A DNA stretch of 64,000 nucleotides from an uncultured PS1 clade bacterium (GTDB lineage Bacteria; Pseudomonadota; Alphaproteobacteria; MED-G09): assembly GCA_902533755.1 (NCBI GenBank), contig CACANC010000001.1, positions 3,668 through 67,667 of the forward strand. Reading direction: 5' to 3'. Of this stretch, positions 36,694 through 46,326 are shown piece after piece. Position numbers and translations under genes: made by a program. Under the pieces are notes generated by a model. It made no database searches. It saw only the letters and a list, made by a program, of their open reading frames with translations, and was not told the origin of the DNA. The first letter of the stretch is position 1, and each line of letters begins with the position of its first letter.

Positions 36694-37410
36694 TTATTGA
36701 ATTTTTATTCCTAACCGAGTCGCTACTTCTTTGTAAGCATCAATTAATCCCCCAAGGTTTTTTCTGAATCTATCTTTATCTAGTTTTTCAGATGAGGATT
36801 TATCCCATAATCTACAAGAATCAGGACTGATTTCATCAGCCAAAATTACTTTTTTATCAATAATAAGACGACCAAATTCAATCTTAAAATCAACTAATTG
36901 AATATTTATAGAAGAAAAAAGTTGCAAAAGAAGCCTATTGATTATTAGGGCTTGGTCTTTAATATCGTTGATTTCGTCTTTTTCAGCGTATTCCAGAACA
37001 TCAATATGTTCCTCAGATACAATAGGGTCATCTAATTCATCGCTCTTAAGCGTAAACTCAATAAGGGGTTTTTTTAACTTTAATCCTTCTTGAATGCCCA
37101 GTCTTTTAGTTAGTGTTCCTGTTGCAATATTTCGAACAATAACTTCAACAGGAATTATATCTACTTTTTTTACAAGCTGCTCTCTATCATTCAATCGCTC
37201 TATAAAATGATTTTCTACTCCATTTTCACTTAAATATTTGAAAATAAACTCACTTATAAAATTATTAAGAATTCCTTTTTCATTAATAATTTCATGTTTC
37301 TTTTTATTAAATGCAGTAGCGTCATCCTTAAAGTATTGAATTATTTTATTATCATCATAAAAAAATAATGTCTTAGCCTTGCCTTCATAAATGAGTTCTT
37401 TTTTTGTCAT
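36694..37410 (-). CDS. purC: SAICAR synthetase
   Basis: YEGKAK, FKDDATAFN, DFKIEFG, ADEISPDSCRLWD, DKDRFR. Confidence 0.97.
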   Translation of the reverse strand: MTKKELIYEGKAKTLFFYDDNKIIQYFKDDATAFNKKKHEIINEKGILNNFISEFIFKYLSENGVENHFIERLNDREQLVKKVDIIPVEVIVRNIATGTLTKRLGIQEGLKLKKPLIEFTLKSDELDDPIVSEEHIDVLEYAEKDEINDIKDQALIINRLLLQLFSSINIQLVDFKIEFGRLIIDKKVILADEISPDSCRLWDKSSSEKLDKDRFRKNLGGLIDAYKEVATRLGIKIQ

Positions 37411-37425
37411 AGTATTAAAATTTAC

Positions 37426-38178
37426 TCATTTATATTTAATAGATTCTTTAGATAATTGTACCTTCAAATCATCAATAGCCTTAATTAGTGAATTATTGTC
37501 TAATGATGAAATTTCTATTTTTACTCCAAAATCATCTTTAGTATTATAAAATGGATAGCTACCAATACTAACATTTATGTTATTTTCGACTGTTTTTTCT
37601 AAAATTTTTGCTATTTCACCTTCTGGTGAATCAACCACTAATGTTGATTTATTAATTCTATCTTTTTTTTCTATTCCTTTAAGGGTTTCATCCAACATTG
37701 ATTTCATAACTTCTGGTATTCCTGCAAATACATAGACATTTTCAATATTAAACCCAGGAGCAGCAGAAATTTGATTTTTTATTAATTTAGCTCCTTTTGG
37801 AATTCTTGCCATTCGTTGACGTATATCATTAAATTCTGTTCCTAAATTATTATAATAATCCTCTAAAATTTTATAAGCTTCATTATTTACTTCTAATTTA
37901 ACATTAAATGCTTTTGCAATACTTTCTGCTGTTACATCATCATGAGTTGGTCCAATCCCTCCAGTGGTAAAAACATATTTGAATCTTTTTCTTAGTTCGT
38001 TTACTGCATTTATAATTTCTTCCTCGCTATCTGACACAGTTCTGCTTTCAGAAATTGAGATACCATGCTCATCCAATTTTGTTGCAATATAGTTGAAATT
38101 TTTATCTATAGTTCGACCCGATAATATTTCATTACCTATAATTAATACGGAAGCATTTTCATAAAATAAATTGTTCAT
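37426..38178 (-). CDS. CinA N-terminal-like / molybdopterin-binding protein
   Basis: IIGNEILSGRT, TTGGIGPTHDDVT, SAAPGF. Confidence 0.88.
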   Translation of the reverse strand: MNNLFYENASVLIIGNEILSGRTIDKNFNYIATKLDEHGISISESRTVSDSEEEIINAVNELRKRFKYVFTTGGIGPTHDDVTAESIAKAFNVKLEVNNEAYKILEDYYNNLGTEFNDIRQRMARIPKGAKLIKNQISAAPGFNIENVYVFAGIPEVMKSMLDETLKGIEKKDRINKSTLVVDSPEGEIAKILEKTVENNINVSIGSYPFYNTKDDFGVKIEISSLDNNSLIKAIDDLKVQLSKESIKYK

Positions 38179-38258
38179 AACATCTTTTAACAGTTTCGTT
38201 TAAAGCGGACAACATACAGATACTAGATGTATACTAAATTTTAATATATAACTTTCCT

Positions 38259-39080
38259 ATGGATTATATTGAAGAAAAATATGCTTCTGGAAGAATTACT
38301 GGACAAATAAAAATTCACCAGAAAGAAGATTTTCAGGGAATGAGAAAAGTCGGAAAACTTGCTGCAGAATTATTAGATTTATTTGTAAAAAAAGTAGAAC
38401 CCGGCGTAACGACTGAAAGCCTTGATAAATTTGCTTTAGAATTTATTCTTGATAATAATGCAACGCCTGCTCCTTTAAATTATAGAGGATTTAAGAAATC
38501 AATTTGCACATCTGTTAACCATGTTGTTTGCCATGGAATACCTGGAGAAAAAATTCTTAATAATGGAGATGTTGTAAACATTGATGTCACACTTATTCTT
38601 GATGGATGGCATGGCGATACATCTAGGATGTATAGTGCAGGGGAACCATCAGTAAAATCCAAAAACCTAATTAATACTACCTATGAAAGTTTGATGTTAT
38701 CTCTTGATATGATTAAGCCAGGTTTATTGCTAGGAGATCTTGGAAACTTTATACAAAATTATGCAGAGGATAGAAACTTCTCAGTTGTTAGAGAATTTTG
38801 TGGTCATGGTATTGGAAGGGTTTTTCACGATGAGCCAAATATCCTTCATTATGGGGTAGAGGGCTCAGGTATAGAAATAAGAGAAGGTATGTTTTTTACT
38901 GTTGAACCAATGGTTAATGCAGGTAAGCCAGGCACAAAGATGCTGCCCGATGGATGGACTGCTGTCACTAGAGATCGTTCTTTATCAGCGCAATTTGAAC
39001 ATTCTATTGGCGTTACTAAAGATGGAATAGAAATTTTTACGAAATCGCTTAATAATACGGGCAATCCAATAGCGACATGA
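38259..39080 (+). CDS. map: Methionine aminopeptidase type I
   Basis: CTSVNHVVCHGIP, DVT...HGDTSR, GHGIG, TVEPM, SAQFEH. Confidence 0.97.
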   Translation: MDYIEEKYASGRITGQIKIHQKEDFQGMRKVGKLAAELLDLFVKKVEPGVTTESLDKFALEFILDNNATPAPLNYRGFKKSICTSVNHVVCHGIPGEKILNNGDVVNIDVTLILDGWHGDTSRMYSAGEPSVKSKNLINTTYESLMLSLDMIKPGLLLGDLGNFIQNYAEDRNFSVVREFCGHGIGRVFHDEPNILHYGVEGSGIEIREGMFFTVEPMVNAGKPGTKMLPDGWTAVTRDRSLSAQFEHSIGVTKDGIEIFTKSLNNTGNPIAT

Positions 39081-39103
39081 AACTTAATAGAAAGTAATAA
39101 AAA

Positions 39104-40414
39104 ATGATCCCTAGATATTCTCGAAAACAAATGACTGACATTTGGGAAGAACAAAATAGATTTGAAATATGGGTAAAGATTGAAATTGCTGCCTTGGAAG
39201 CAATGGAACAAATAAATATAGTGCCTAAAGGAACATCCGTAAAAGTAGAAAAAAAAGCTAGCTTTGATATCGATAGAATAAATGAAATTGAAAAAGAAAT
39301 TAAACATGATGTCTTAGCATTTTTAACAAATTTATCTGAAAATGTTGGTCCAGATTCAAGATTTATTCATCAAGGGATGACATCTTCAGATGTCATAGAT
39401 ACTTGTTTAAATATTCAGTTAAAACAGGCAGGAAATATTCTTTTAACTGGCTTAGATGATTTGATTGTTTCTTTAAAGAAAAAGTCCATAGAAAATAAAA
39501 ATACAATTTGCATGGGTAGAAGTCATGGTATCCATGCTGAACCAACAACTTTTGGATTAAAAATGCTTCAAGCTTATGAGGAGTTCTGTCGAAATAAAAT
39601 TAGGCTTGAAAGTGCAATTGAAGAAATCAATACATGTGCAATCTCAGGCTCTGTTGGAACCTTTGCTAACATTGATCCTTTTGTTGAAGAATATGTTGCT
39701 AAAAAGTTGGGTTTAAATATTGAACCTATTTCTACTCAGGTGATTCCAAGGGATAGGCATGCTGCCTTCTTTTCTGCATTAGCAATTATAGCCAGTTCAA
39801 TTGAAAGATTGGCAACTGAAATTAGACACCTACAGCGCTCAGAGGTAATGGAGGTAGCTGAATATTTTTCAGAAAACCAGAAAGGATCTTCTTCTATGCC
39901 ACATAAAAGAAATCCTATACTCACAGAAAATTTAACTGGTTTAGCTAGAATAGTTAGGAGCTCGGTGATACCAGCTTTAGAAAATGTTTCTTTGTGGCAT
40001 GAAAGAGACATATCACATTCAAGCGTTGAAAGAATGATAGGGCCAGACGCTACTATTACTCTTGATTTTGCGCTTAATAGGCTGATTAATGTTATAGATG
40101 AGCTTGTTGTATACCCCGATCAAATGCTTAGAAACTTAAATCAATTTGGCGGTCTGGTCTTTTCTCAAAGACTATTATTAGTTTTAACTCAAAAAGAAGT
40201 AAGCAGAGAGGAGTCATATAAAGTTGTTCAAAAAAATGCAATGTTGGCATGGGAAAGTTATGGCAGTGAAGATCCATTAATGTTTGAAGAATTAGTAAAA
40301 AAAGATGAATTCATTACTTCCACTTTAACTAAGAAAGAGATAGAAGATATTTTTGATTTAAAATATCATATTAAAAATATTGATAATATCTTTAAAAGAG
40401 TTCTGGAGAAGTAA
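39104..40414 (+). CDS. purB: Adenylosuccinate lyase
   Basis: MIPRYSR, HQGMTSSD, GRSHGIHAEP, GSSSMPHKRNP. Confidence 0.97.
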   Translation: MIPRYSRKQMTDIWEEQNRFEIWVKIEIAALEAMEQINIVPKGTSVKVEKKASFDIDRINEIEKEIKHDVLAFLTNLSENVGPDSRFIHQGMTSSDVIDTCLNIQLKQAGNILLTGLDDLIVSLKKKSIENKNTICMGRSHGIHAEPTTFGLKMLQAYEEFCRNKIRLESAIEEINTCAISGSVGTFANIDPFVEEYVAKKLGLNIEPISTQVIPRDRHAAFFSALAIIASSIERLATEIRHLQRSEVMEVAEYFSENQKGSSSMPHKRNPILTENLTGLARIVRSSVIPALENVSLWHERDISHSSVERMIGPDATITLDFALNRLINVIDELVVYPDQMLRNLNQFGGLVFSQRLLLVLTQKEVSREESYKVVQKNAMLAWESYGSEDPLMFEELVKKDEFITSTLTKKEIEDIFDLKYHIKNIDNIFKRVLEK

Positions 40415-40416
40415 AT

Positions 40417-40504
40417 GCGGACATGGTGGAATTGGTAGACACATCAGACTTAAAATCTGAAGGAGATTATCTCCGTCCCGGTTCGAGTCCGGGTGTCCGC
40501 ACCA
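40417..40504 (+). tRNA. tRNA-Leu (anticodon TAA)
   Basis: Acceptor stem GCGGACA/TGTCCGC plus ACCA; anticodon arm TCAGA-CTTAAAA-TCTGA; long variable arm; GTTCGAGTCC T-arm. Confidence 0.96.
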
Positions 40505-40514
40505 TTAAAAATTA

Positions 40515-40727
40515 CTATTCTTTTAAATCATCTAAATAATCAATTGCATCAACTAGGTTATAAATAGTACCGCAATATGGACAAATAATTTGTTTATTTT
40601 TTCCCATTTCTAGAGAAACATGAGGATGGTCGTGTGGTTGTGAAGCCCCTATGCATATGAATTTGGTGAATGTAATTTGAATTTCCTTTTTTCCATCATC
40701 ATTAGCAATTTTAGGTAATTCGCTCAT
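40515..40727 (-). CDS. zf-CHCC zinc-finger protein
   Basis: C...DHPHV...CPYCG. Confidence 0.85.
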   Translation of the reverse strand: MSELPKIANDDGKKEIQITFTKFICIGASQPHDHPHVSLEMGKNKQIICPYCGTIYNLVDAIDYLDDLKE

Positions 40728-40730
40728 TTT

Positions 40731-41510
40731 TTAACCTTTAGGTAAATTTAGATGCATTCCTGCATCAGAGATTAAGGTTTCTCCAGTTATATGTTCTGCG
40801 CCTTCAAGGCAAAAGAATACAGCGCTATCGGCAATATCATCTGGAGTACCAGCTTTATTTAATGGGGTTATGCTCTCTTGATCTTTTTTTATTCTGTCAA
40901 AAGTTTCTTTGCCAAACCTATTTTCAAACCAGCCTGTTCCAATGAATCCTGGACATACGGTGTTTACCCTTATTTCGGGTCCAAGAGCCTTTGCTAAAGA
41001 CAATGTCATTGTGTTAAGAGCTCCTTTAGAAGCAGCATAAGCAATAGAAGATCCTATGCCCGTTTTTCCAGCAATAGATGATATATTTACTACTGACCCA
41101 AATCCATTTTTTTTCATAATGGGTTCAACAGCCCTAATCATTTGATAGGGCCCAATAACATTAACCTTATAGATATTGATAAAATCTTCACCACTAAGTT
41201 TGTCTAATTTAGAATGATCAGCAAATTTTGTTGTTCCTGCATTGTTAACAAGAATATCTACCTTTCCAAAAGCATCTATAGTTTCTTGAACAAGTTTTTT
41301 ACAATCATCATCGCTTGAAACATCTGCTTGCACAATTATAGCTTTAACACCATTATTAATACATTCGTCTTTAATTTTTAAAGCCATATCTTTATTGTTT
41401 GAATAATTTATTACTAAATTAATATTTCTTTGAGATAATTTGATTGCAATTGAAGCACCCAATCCTTGAGATGAACCAGTAATTATAGCTACTTTTCTAT
41501 CTTCAGACAT
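40731..41510 (-). CDS. Short-chain dehydrogenase/reductase
   Basis: TGSSQGLG, NNAG, YAASK, RVNTVCPG. Confidence 0.92.
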   Translation of the reverse strand: MSEDRKVAIITGSSQGLGASIAIKLSQRNINLVINYSNNKDMALKIKDECINNGVKAIIVQADVSSDDDCKKLVQETIDAFGKVDILVNNAGTTKFADHSKLDKLSGEDFINIYKVNVIGPYQMIRAVEPIMKKNGFGSVVNISSIAGKTGIGSSIAYAASKGALNTMTLSLAKALGPEIRVNTVCPGFIGTGWFENRFGKETFDRIKKDQESITPLNKAGTPDDIADSAVFFCLEGAEHITGETLISDAGMHLNLPKG

Positions 41511-41589
41511 ATTTTACTCTTCCATTTATTATTGCAATGTAGTTATAAGTTATAAATAAAGTAAATAAAGTTATTTTTAGAGGAATGTT

Positions 41590-42321
41590 ATGAAAAAACT
41601 TTATCAAGAAGATCTTTGGAATAAAATTTTAGAAGAAGCTGAATTATTTTCTAATGATAAAACTATGGAATATTATTTTAAGAGTAATATTTTAAATTTT
41701 AATAATTTATCTGACGCATTATCTTTATTAGTAAGTAAAAATTTAAAATCACAGGAAATTCTTAAAGAAAACATTGCTCATGATGTTGGAGTAGCTTTTA
41801 CAAGTAAAGATATTATTGATGCAATTGAGGAGGATATAAATGAAATTTATCATAAAGATCCTGCATGTAATTATCTTTTTCAGCCATTACTTTTTTATAA
41901 AGGTTTTCAAGCATTACAGGCATATAGAGTGGCTAATTATTGGATTGAAGAAAAATTAGGTTTTTCAATGTACATCCAATCAATTGTTTCAGAAAAATTT
42001 AATGTTGATATACACCCTAATGCTGAGATAGGTAAAGGCATTATGATTGATCATGCATCAGGAGTTGTTATAGGTGAAACTTCTAAAGTTGGAGATTATT
42101 GTTCTATATTCCATGGAGTAACTTTAGGTGGAGTCGGTGCAGAAAAAGGTCAAAGACATCCTCAAGTAGGAAAGAATGTTTTGTTATCGGCAAATTCCAC
42201 TATAGTTGGAAATATAAAAATAGGTGACAATACAAAAATCGGGGCAGGGTCAGTGGTATTGAATGATATTCCAAAAGATTGCACAGCTGTTGGCGTACCA
42301 GCAAAGGTTATAAATAACTAA
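41590..42321 (+). CDS. cysE: Serine O-acetyltransferase
   Basis: KDPAC, YKGFQALQAYR, VDIHPNA, IDHASGVVIGET, RHPQVG, AVGVPAK. Confidence 0.95.
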   Translation: MKKLYQEDLWNKILEEAELFSNDKTMEYYFKSNILNFNNLSDALSLLVSKNLKSQEILKENIAHDVGVAFTSKDIIDAIEEDINEIYHKDPACNYLFQPLLFYKGFQALQAYRVANYWIEEKLGFSMYIQSIVSEKFNVDIHPNAEIGKGIMIDHASGVVIGETSKVGDYCSIFHGVTLGGVGAEKGQRHPQVGKNVLLSANSTIVGNIKIGDNTKIGAGSVVLNDIPKDCTAVGVPAKVINN

Positions 42322-42331
42322 AGGCTTAATT

Positions 42332-42742
42332 ATGAATAATGATGAGATTCTAATAATTCAAAACTATTTAAGAGATATATTTGATAATGAAGATATATCG
42401 GTAAGAAAAGATCAAGATATACCACCAACCGCATCTATTTTTATTTCTTCAGAAGCTATTGGAAGTTTACAAAAAGATGATGACCCCGATGAAGAGGATA
42501 TTTCTTATTCATTAACCATTCCAATAGATCACTCAATTGCCGATAAAGAAAACTTAGAAACAAATATTCAGTCTTTATCTAAAAAAAAGAAAATTATTAT
42601 CTCTGATAGGGGATCAATTGAGGATTCTAAGGAGGTGTTAATATTAAATGAAAATGCTGAGGAAGAATTTATAGGTGTTGTTTTTAGAGATAATGACGCC
42701 TCATGTACATTTTCGATGTCAATTTTAGATTTTGATTTATAA
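42332..42742 (+). CDS. DUF3126-like protein, apparently two tandem units
   Basis: [10 protein letters not shown] and [10 protein letters not shown] resemble DUF3126; position after cysE; about twice the usual length. Confidence 0.65.
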   Translation: MNNDEILIIQNYLRDIFDNEDISVRKDQDIPPTASIFISSEAIGSLQKDDDPDEEDISYSLTIPIDHSIADKENLETNIQSLSKKKKIIISDRGSIEDSKEVLILNENAEEEFIGVVFRDNDASCTFSMSILDFDL

Positions 42743-42749
42743 TGCACTG

Positions 42750-43277
42750 ATGCCCATTTTTAAACTTAACGATAAAGAGCCAATATTACCCGATGATGAG
42801 AGATATTGGATTGCTCCTGATGCTAACATTATTGGTGATGTAAAAATGGAAGTAAATTCAAGTGTTTGGTTTTCAGCTACTCTAAGGGGTGACTGTGAGG
42901 AAATACTTATCGGAGAAAATAGCAATGTTCAAGATGGTAGTGTTTTACATACTGACTATGGTTTTCCTTTAAAAATAGGAAAGAATGTAACAATTGGTCA
43001 TCAAGTTATGCTTCATGGTTGTAGCATTGGAGATAATTCACTTATTGGTATTGGAACAGTCATTTTAAATGGAGCAAAAATTGGAAAAAATTGCCTTATT
43101 GGATCTAAAACACTTATTCCTGAAAAAAAAGAAATTCCAGATAATTCAATGGTTGTTGGGGTACCAGGTAAAGTTATAAGAGCGATTGATAAAGATATGG
43201 AAGATTTTCTAATTGCCTCAGCAGATCATTATTGTGAGAATTGGAAAAATTATAAAGAAAATTTAAAATTATTGTGA
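42750..43277 (+). CDS. Gamma carbonic anhydrase-family protein
   Basis: [23 protein letters not shown] hexapeptide repeats; start set at ATG 42750. Confidence 0.93.
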   Translation: MPIFKLNDKEPILPDDERYWIAPDANIIGDVKMEVNSSVWFSATLRGDCEEILIGENSNVQDGSVLHTDYGFPLKIGKNVTIGHQVMLHGCSIGDNSLIGIGTVILNGAKIGKNCLIGSKTLIPEKKEIPDNSMVVGVPGKVIRAIDKDMEDFLIASADHYCENWKNYKENLKLL

Positions 43278-43288
43278 CAGGAGGAATT

Positions 43289-44065
43289 ATGGCTTACGAA
43301 TTTGCTATTATAGAAAAAAAAGAACATTTATGGATTATAACCCTTAATAGACCAGAAAGAATGAATGCTTTGCATTCACCTGCACATAAAGAACTAGATG
43401 AAATTTTTAATAATTTTCAAAAAGATAATGATGCTTGGGTTGCAATTATAACCGGATCTGGTGATCGAGCCTTTTCAGCAGGTAATGATTTAAAATATCA
43501 AGCTGAAGGCGGTAAAATGGAGATTGTCCCATCTGGATTTGCTGGTCTTACATCAAGATATAATCTTAACAAGCCAATAATTGCAGCAGTTAATGGAGTG
43601 GCTATGGGAGGAGGCTTTGAAATTGCATTAGCATGTGATCTGATTATAGCCTCTGATAATGCAACATTTGCTCTTCCTGAACCAAAAGTTGGCTTAGCCG
43701 CTCTTGCAGGAGGTATGCACCGACTTCCAAGACAGATAGGTTTAAAAAGGGCAATGGGAATGATGTTAACAGGTAGAACAGTAAAGGCTTCAGAAGGTAA
43801 AGATCTTGGTTTTGTAAATGATGTTGTATCTCAAGAAGAATTATTAATAAGGGCTCAGGAATGGGCTAATATGATTATGGAATGTTCACCAGTTTCTATC
43901 AGAACAACTAAAAATGTTGCTTTAGATGGCTTAAATTTTTCGTCAATTGAAGAAGCAATGAATCAAAAATATGATTCAGTTAAGTCATTATTTAATAGTG
44001 AAGATTTTGTGGAAGGCCCGCTTGCTTTTTCTCAAAAAAGAAAACCTGATTGGAAAGGAAAGTAA
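43289..44065 (+). CDS. Enoyl-CoA hydratase/isomerase (crotonase family)
   Basis: LNRPERMNAL, AFSAGNDL, GGGFEIALACD, ALPEPKVG; GGAGG before ATG 43289. Confidence 0.93.
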   Translation: MAYEFAIIEKKEHLWIITLNRPERMNALHSPAHKELDEIFNNFQKDNDAWVAIITGSGDRAFSAGNDLKYQAEGGKMEIVPSGFAGLTSRYNLNKPIIAAVNGVAMGGGFEIALACDLIIASDNATFALPEPKVGLAALAGGMHRLPRQIGLKRAMGMMLTGRTVKASEGKDLGFVNDVVSQEELLIRAQEWANMIMECSPVSIRTTKNVALDGLNFSSIEEAMNQKYDSVKSLFNSEDFVEGPLAFSQKRKPDWKGK

Positions 44066-44070
44066 CTTGA

Positions 44071-44685
44071 ATGGTTAAATTTGAGTTTTTTTTTGATTGC
44101 TCCTCTCCATGGACTTATTTAGCTTTTTCAAGAATTCATTTAATTTTAGATAAATACAATGTTAAGCCGATTTGGAAGCCAATATTAGTTGGAGGTGTTT
44201 TCAATGAAGTTAATAAAGATATATATACTCAAAGAGAAAACCCAAATCCAAGAAAATTTAAATATTCAAGAAAAGATATGCAAGATTGGGCTGAGTTATC
44301 GAAAATTAAGATAAAGTGGCCATCAATATTTCCTGTAAATGCCGTTAAAATGATGCGAATAGCTATTATTGCTGAAGAAGAAAATAAATTGGTAAAATTT
44401 GCAAGTCTCTGCTTTAAGTCTTATTGGGAAGATGATCTAGATGTTGGAAATAACGATATTTTAGAAATAATAGTAAAAAATTGTGGTATGGATCCTTCAA
44501 AAACTTTTCACTCACTGCAAAAAGAAACGGTTAAAAATAAACTTAGAAATAATACTGAAAATCTTATCGAAAGGGGTGGTTTTGGGTCGCCTACGATATT
44601 TATTAATGATAATGATATGTATTTTGGTAATGATAGAATTGAGCTTATTGATTATAAATTGAATAAATTAACAAAGAATTCTTAA
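44071..44685 (+). CDS. 2-hydroxychromene-2-carboxylate isomerase / kappa-GST (DsbA-like)
   Basis: FFDCSSPWTY, GGFGSPT, YFGNDR. Confidence 0.88.
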   Translation: MVKFEFFFDCSSPWTYLAFSRIHLILDKYNVKPIWKPILVGGVFNEVNKDIYTQRENPNPRKFKYSRKDMQDWAELSKIKIKWPSIFPVNAVKMMRIAIIAEEENKLVKFASLCFKSYWEDDLDVGNNDILEIIVKNCGMDPSKTFHSLQKETVKNKLRNNTENLIERGGFGSPTIFINDNDMYFGNDRIELIDYKLNKLTKNS

Positions 44686-44729
44686 TTTTTTTGTTGATAT
44701 AGAAAATTTATTATGAAAGATATGTATTC

Positions 44730-45104
44730 ATGAATGAAGATAATAAAGATATTAATGAAGAATTAGAGAATTCAGATAACTCAATGAATAATCAATCTGA
44801 TGACGAAATAACTAGTCAGCCTTCAGAGACAAAATCTGCAGATGATCAAATTGCTTTAAAAGTTTTTAAATATTTTAAAGAATTTATATTCTGTGTTGCT
44901 TTTCTTATTTTAGCTTATATGTCTTTTTGGGTCATTGTAGTTTTATCTATTTTATCTTTTATTGTGAAAGTAGTTGATTCTGGACAGCTTTCTGAATTAA
45001 ATGAGTTTTCTCGAAGATTATCTTTATATTTGAAGGAATGTCTTTTGTTTTCAACAGGTAATAACGATCAAAAACCATTTCCTTTTGAAAAATTTCCAGA
45101 TTAA
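44730..45104 (+). CDS. DUF4389-like small membrane protein
   Basis: Acidic N-terminal tail, hydrophobic segment, C-terminal QKPFPF. Confidence 0.6.
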   Translation: MNEDNKDINEELENSDNSMNNQSDDEITSQPSETKSADDQIALKVFKYFKEFIFCVAFLILAYMSFWVIVVLSILSFIVKVVDSGQLSELNEFSRRLSLYLKECLLFSTGNNDQKPFPFEKFPD

Positions 45105-45593
45105 CTATAACTTTGTTGGGTTTGGAAGACCTTTATATACTTCATCAGGATCAAAAAGTTTTTCTTCATCACTCATTATAAGTTCAATGTTTTCATTAAC
45201 CTTAGACTTCAAAGGAATTGATCGGTAAAAACATGATTTATATCCAACGTGACAACTAGCACCTGTTCCAGATACATCAACTGATATCCAAATAGAATCT
45301 TGGTCATCATCAATCCTCATTTCAACAATTTTTTGGGTTAAACCCGAAACAGAACCTTTATGCCAAATTTTTTTCTGTGAACGACTAAAATAATAAGCCT
45401 CACCATTTTCAATTGTTTTAGTTAATGCCTCAGCGTTCATATAGCCAACCATTAATAATTCACCAGTATTATTATCTGTGGTTATACAGGGCATTAAACC
45501 ATTTTCGTCAAATTTAGGGCTTAAAGAAAGACCTTCTTCAACCTCTTCGACTGATAATCTTTGTTTGAAATTTTTTTCGTAATTTTGTGACAA
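45105..45593 (-). CDS. hisI: Phosphoribosyl-AMP cyclohydrolase
   Basis: LLMVGYMN, FSRS..IWHKG, DDDQD, ASCHVGYKSCFYR. Confidence 0.93.
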   Translation of the reverse strand: MSQNYEKNFKQRLSVEEVEEGLSLSPKFDENGLMPCITTDNNTGELLMVGYMNAEALTKTIENGEAYYFSRSQKKIWHKGSVSGLTQKIVEMRIDDDQDSIWISVDVSGTGASCHVGYKSCFYRSIPLKSKVNENIELIMSDEEKLFDPDEVYKGLPNPTKL

Positions 45594-45595
45594 AA

Positions 45596-46210
45596 TTAAC
45601 CTTTTGCTTGCGTTAGACTCATAAATCTCTGTCTTAACTCACTATCTTCAGCAAATAATCCTGAAAACTTGGTAGTAACTGTTGATACATTAGGCTTACT
45701 AATACCTCTTGTTGTCATACATTGATGCTTCGCATCAATCATTATAGCTGTACCAAGTGGATTTAGAGCTTGGTCAATAGTTTCAAGAATTTGCATTGTC
45801 ATTGTCTCTTGAGTTTGAAGCCTCTTTGCAAAAATATCAATTACTCTTGCTAATTTTGAGATACCAACCACCTTATCTTTTGGTAAATAGGCTACATGTG
45901 CAACACCTAAAATTGGTACCATATGGTGTTCACAATGAGTTTCTATATTAATATCTCTTAGAAAGACAATATCGTCATAACCCTGAACATCCTCAAATGT
46001 TTTACTTAGAGTTGATAAAGGATCTTGATTATAGCCCGCAAAAAATTCTTCATAAGCTTTCACAACTCTTTTAGGGGTGTCTACCAAACCTTCGCGATAT
46101 GGGTTATCACCAGCCCATGATATAAGGGTTTTAACTGCATCCATAGCTTCTTCCCTCGTTGGTTTACCTTGATCTAAATCGACTTGATTTTTATCAACTT
46201 TCATATCCAT
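45596..46210 (-). CDS. folE: GTP cyclohydrolase I
   Basis: REGLVDTPKRV, HCEHHMVP, GISKLAR, HQCMTTRG. Confidence 0.97.
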   Translation of the reverse strand: MDMKVDKNQVDLDQGKPTREEAMDAVKTLISWAGDNPYREGLVDTPKRVVKAYEEFFAGYNQDPLSTLSKTFEDVQGYDDIVFLRDINIETHCEHHMVPILGVAHVAYLPKDKVVGISKLARVIDIFAKRLQTQETMTMQILETIDQALNPLGTAIMIDAKHQCMTTRGISKPNVSTVTTKFSGLFAEDSELRQRFMSLTQAKG

Positions 46211-46326
46211 GATAATCTCCTGACATAAAAGACAAAAATTGTGACTTTTACTTTGATTAATTTTCTAATATAGCAATGTATATGATATTAATATAAGAAA
46301 ATACAAGTATTTTATAGATTTTTGCT

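Noticed and set aside
40417..40504. tRNA-Leu as an island integration site
   Set aside because: No integrase, and no duplicated tRNA 3' end noticed in the window
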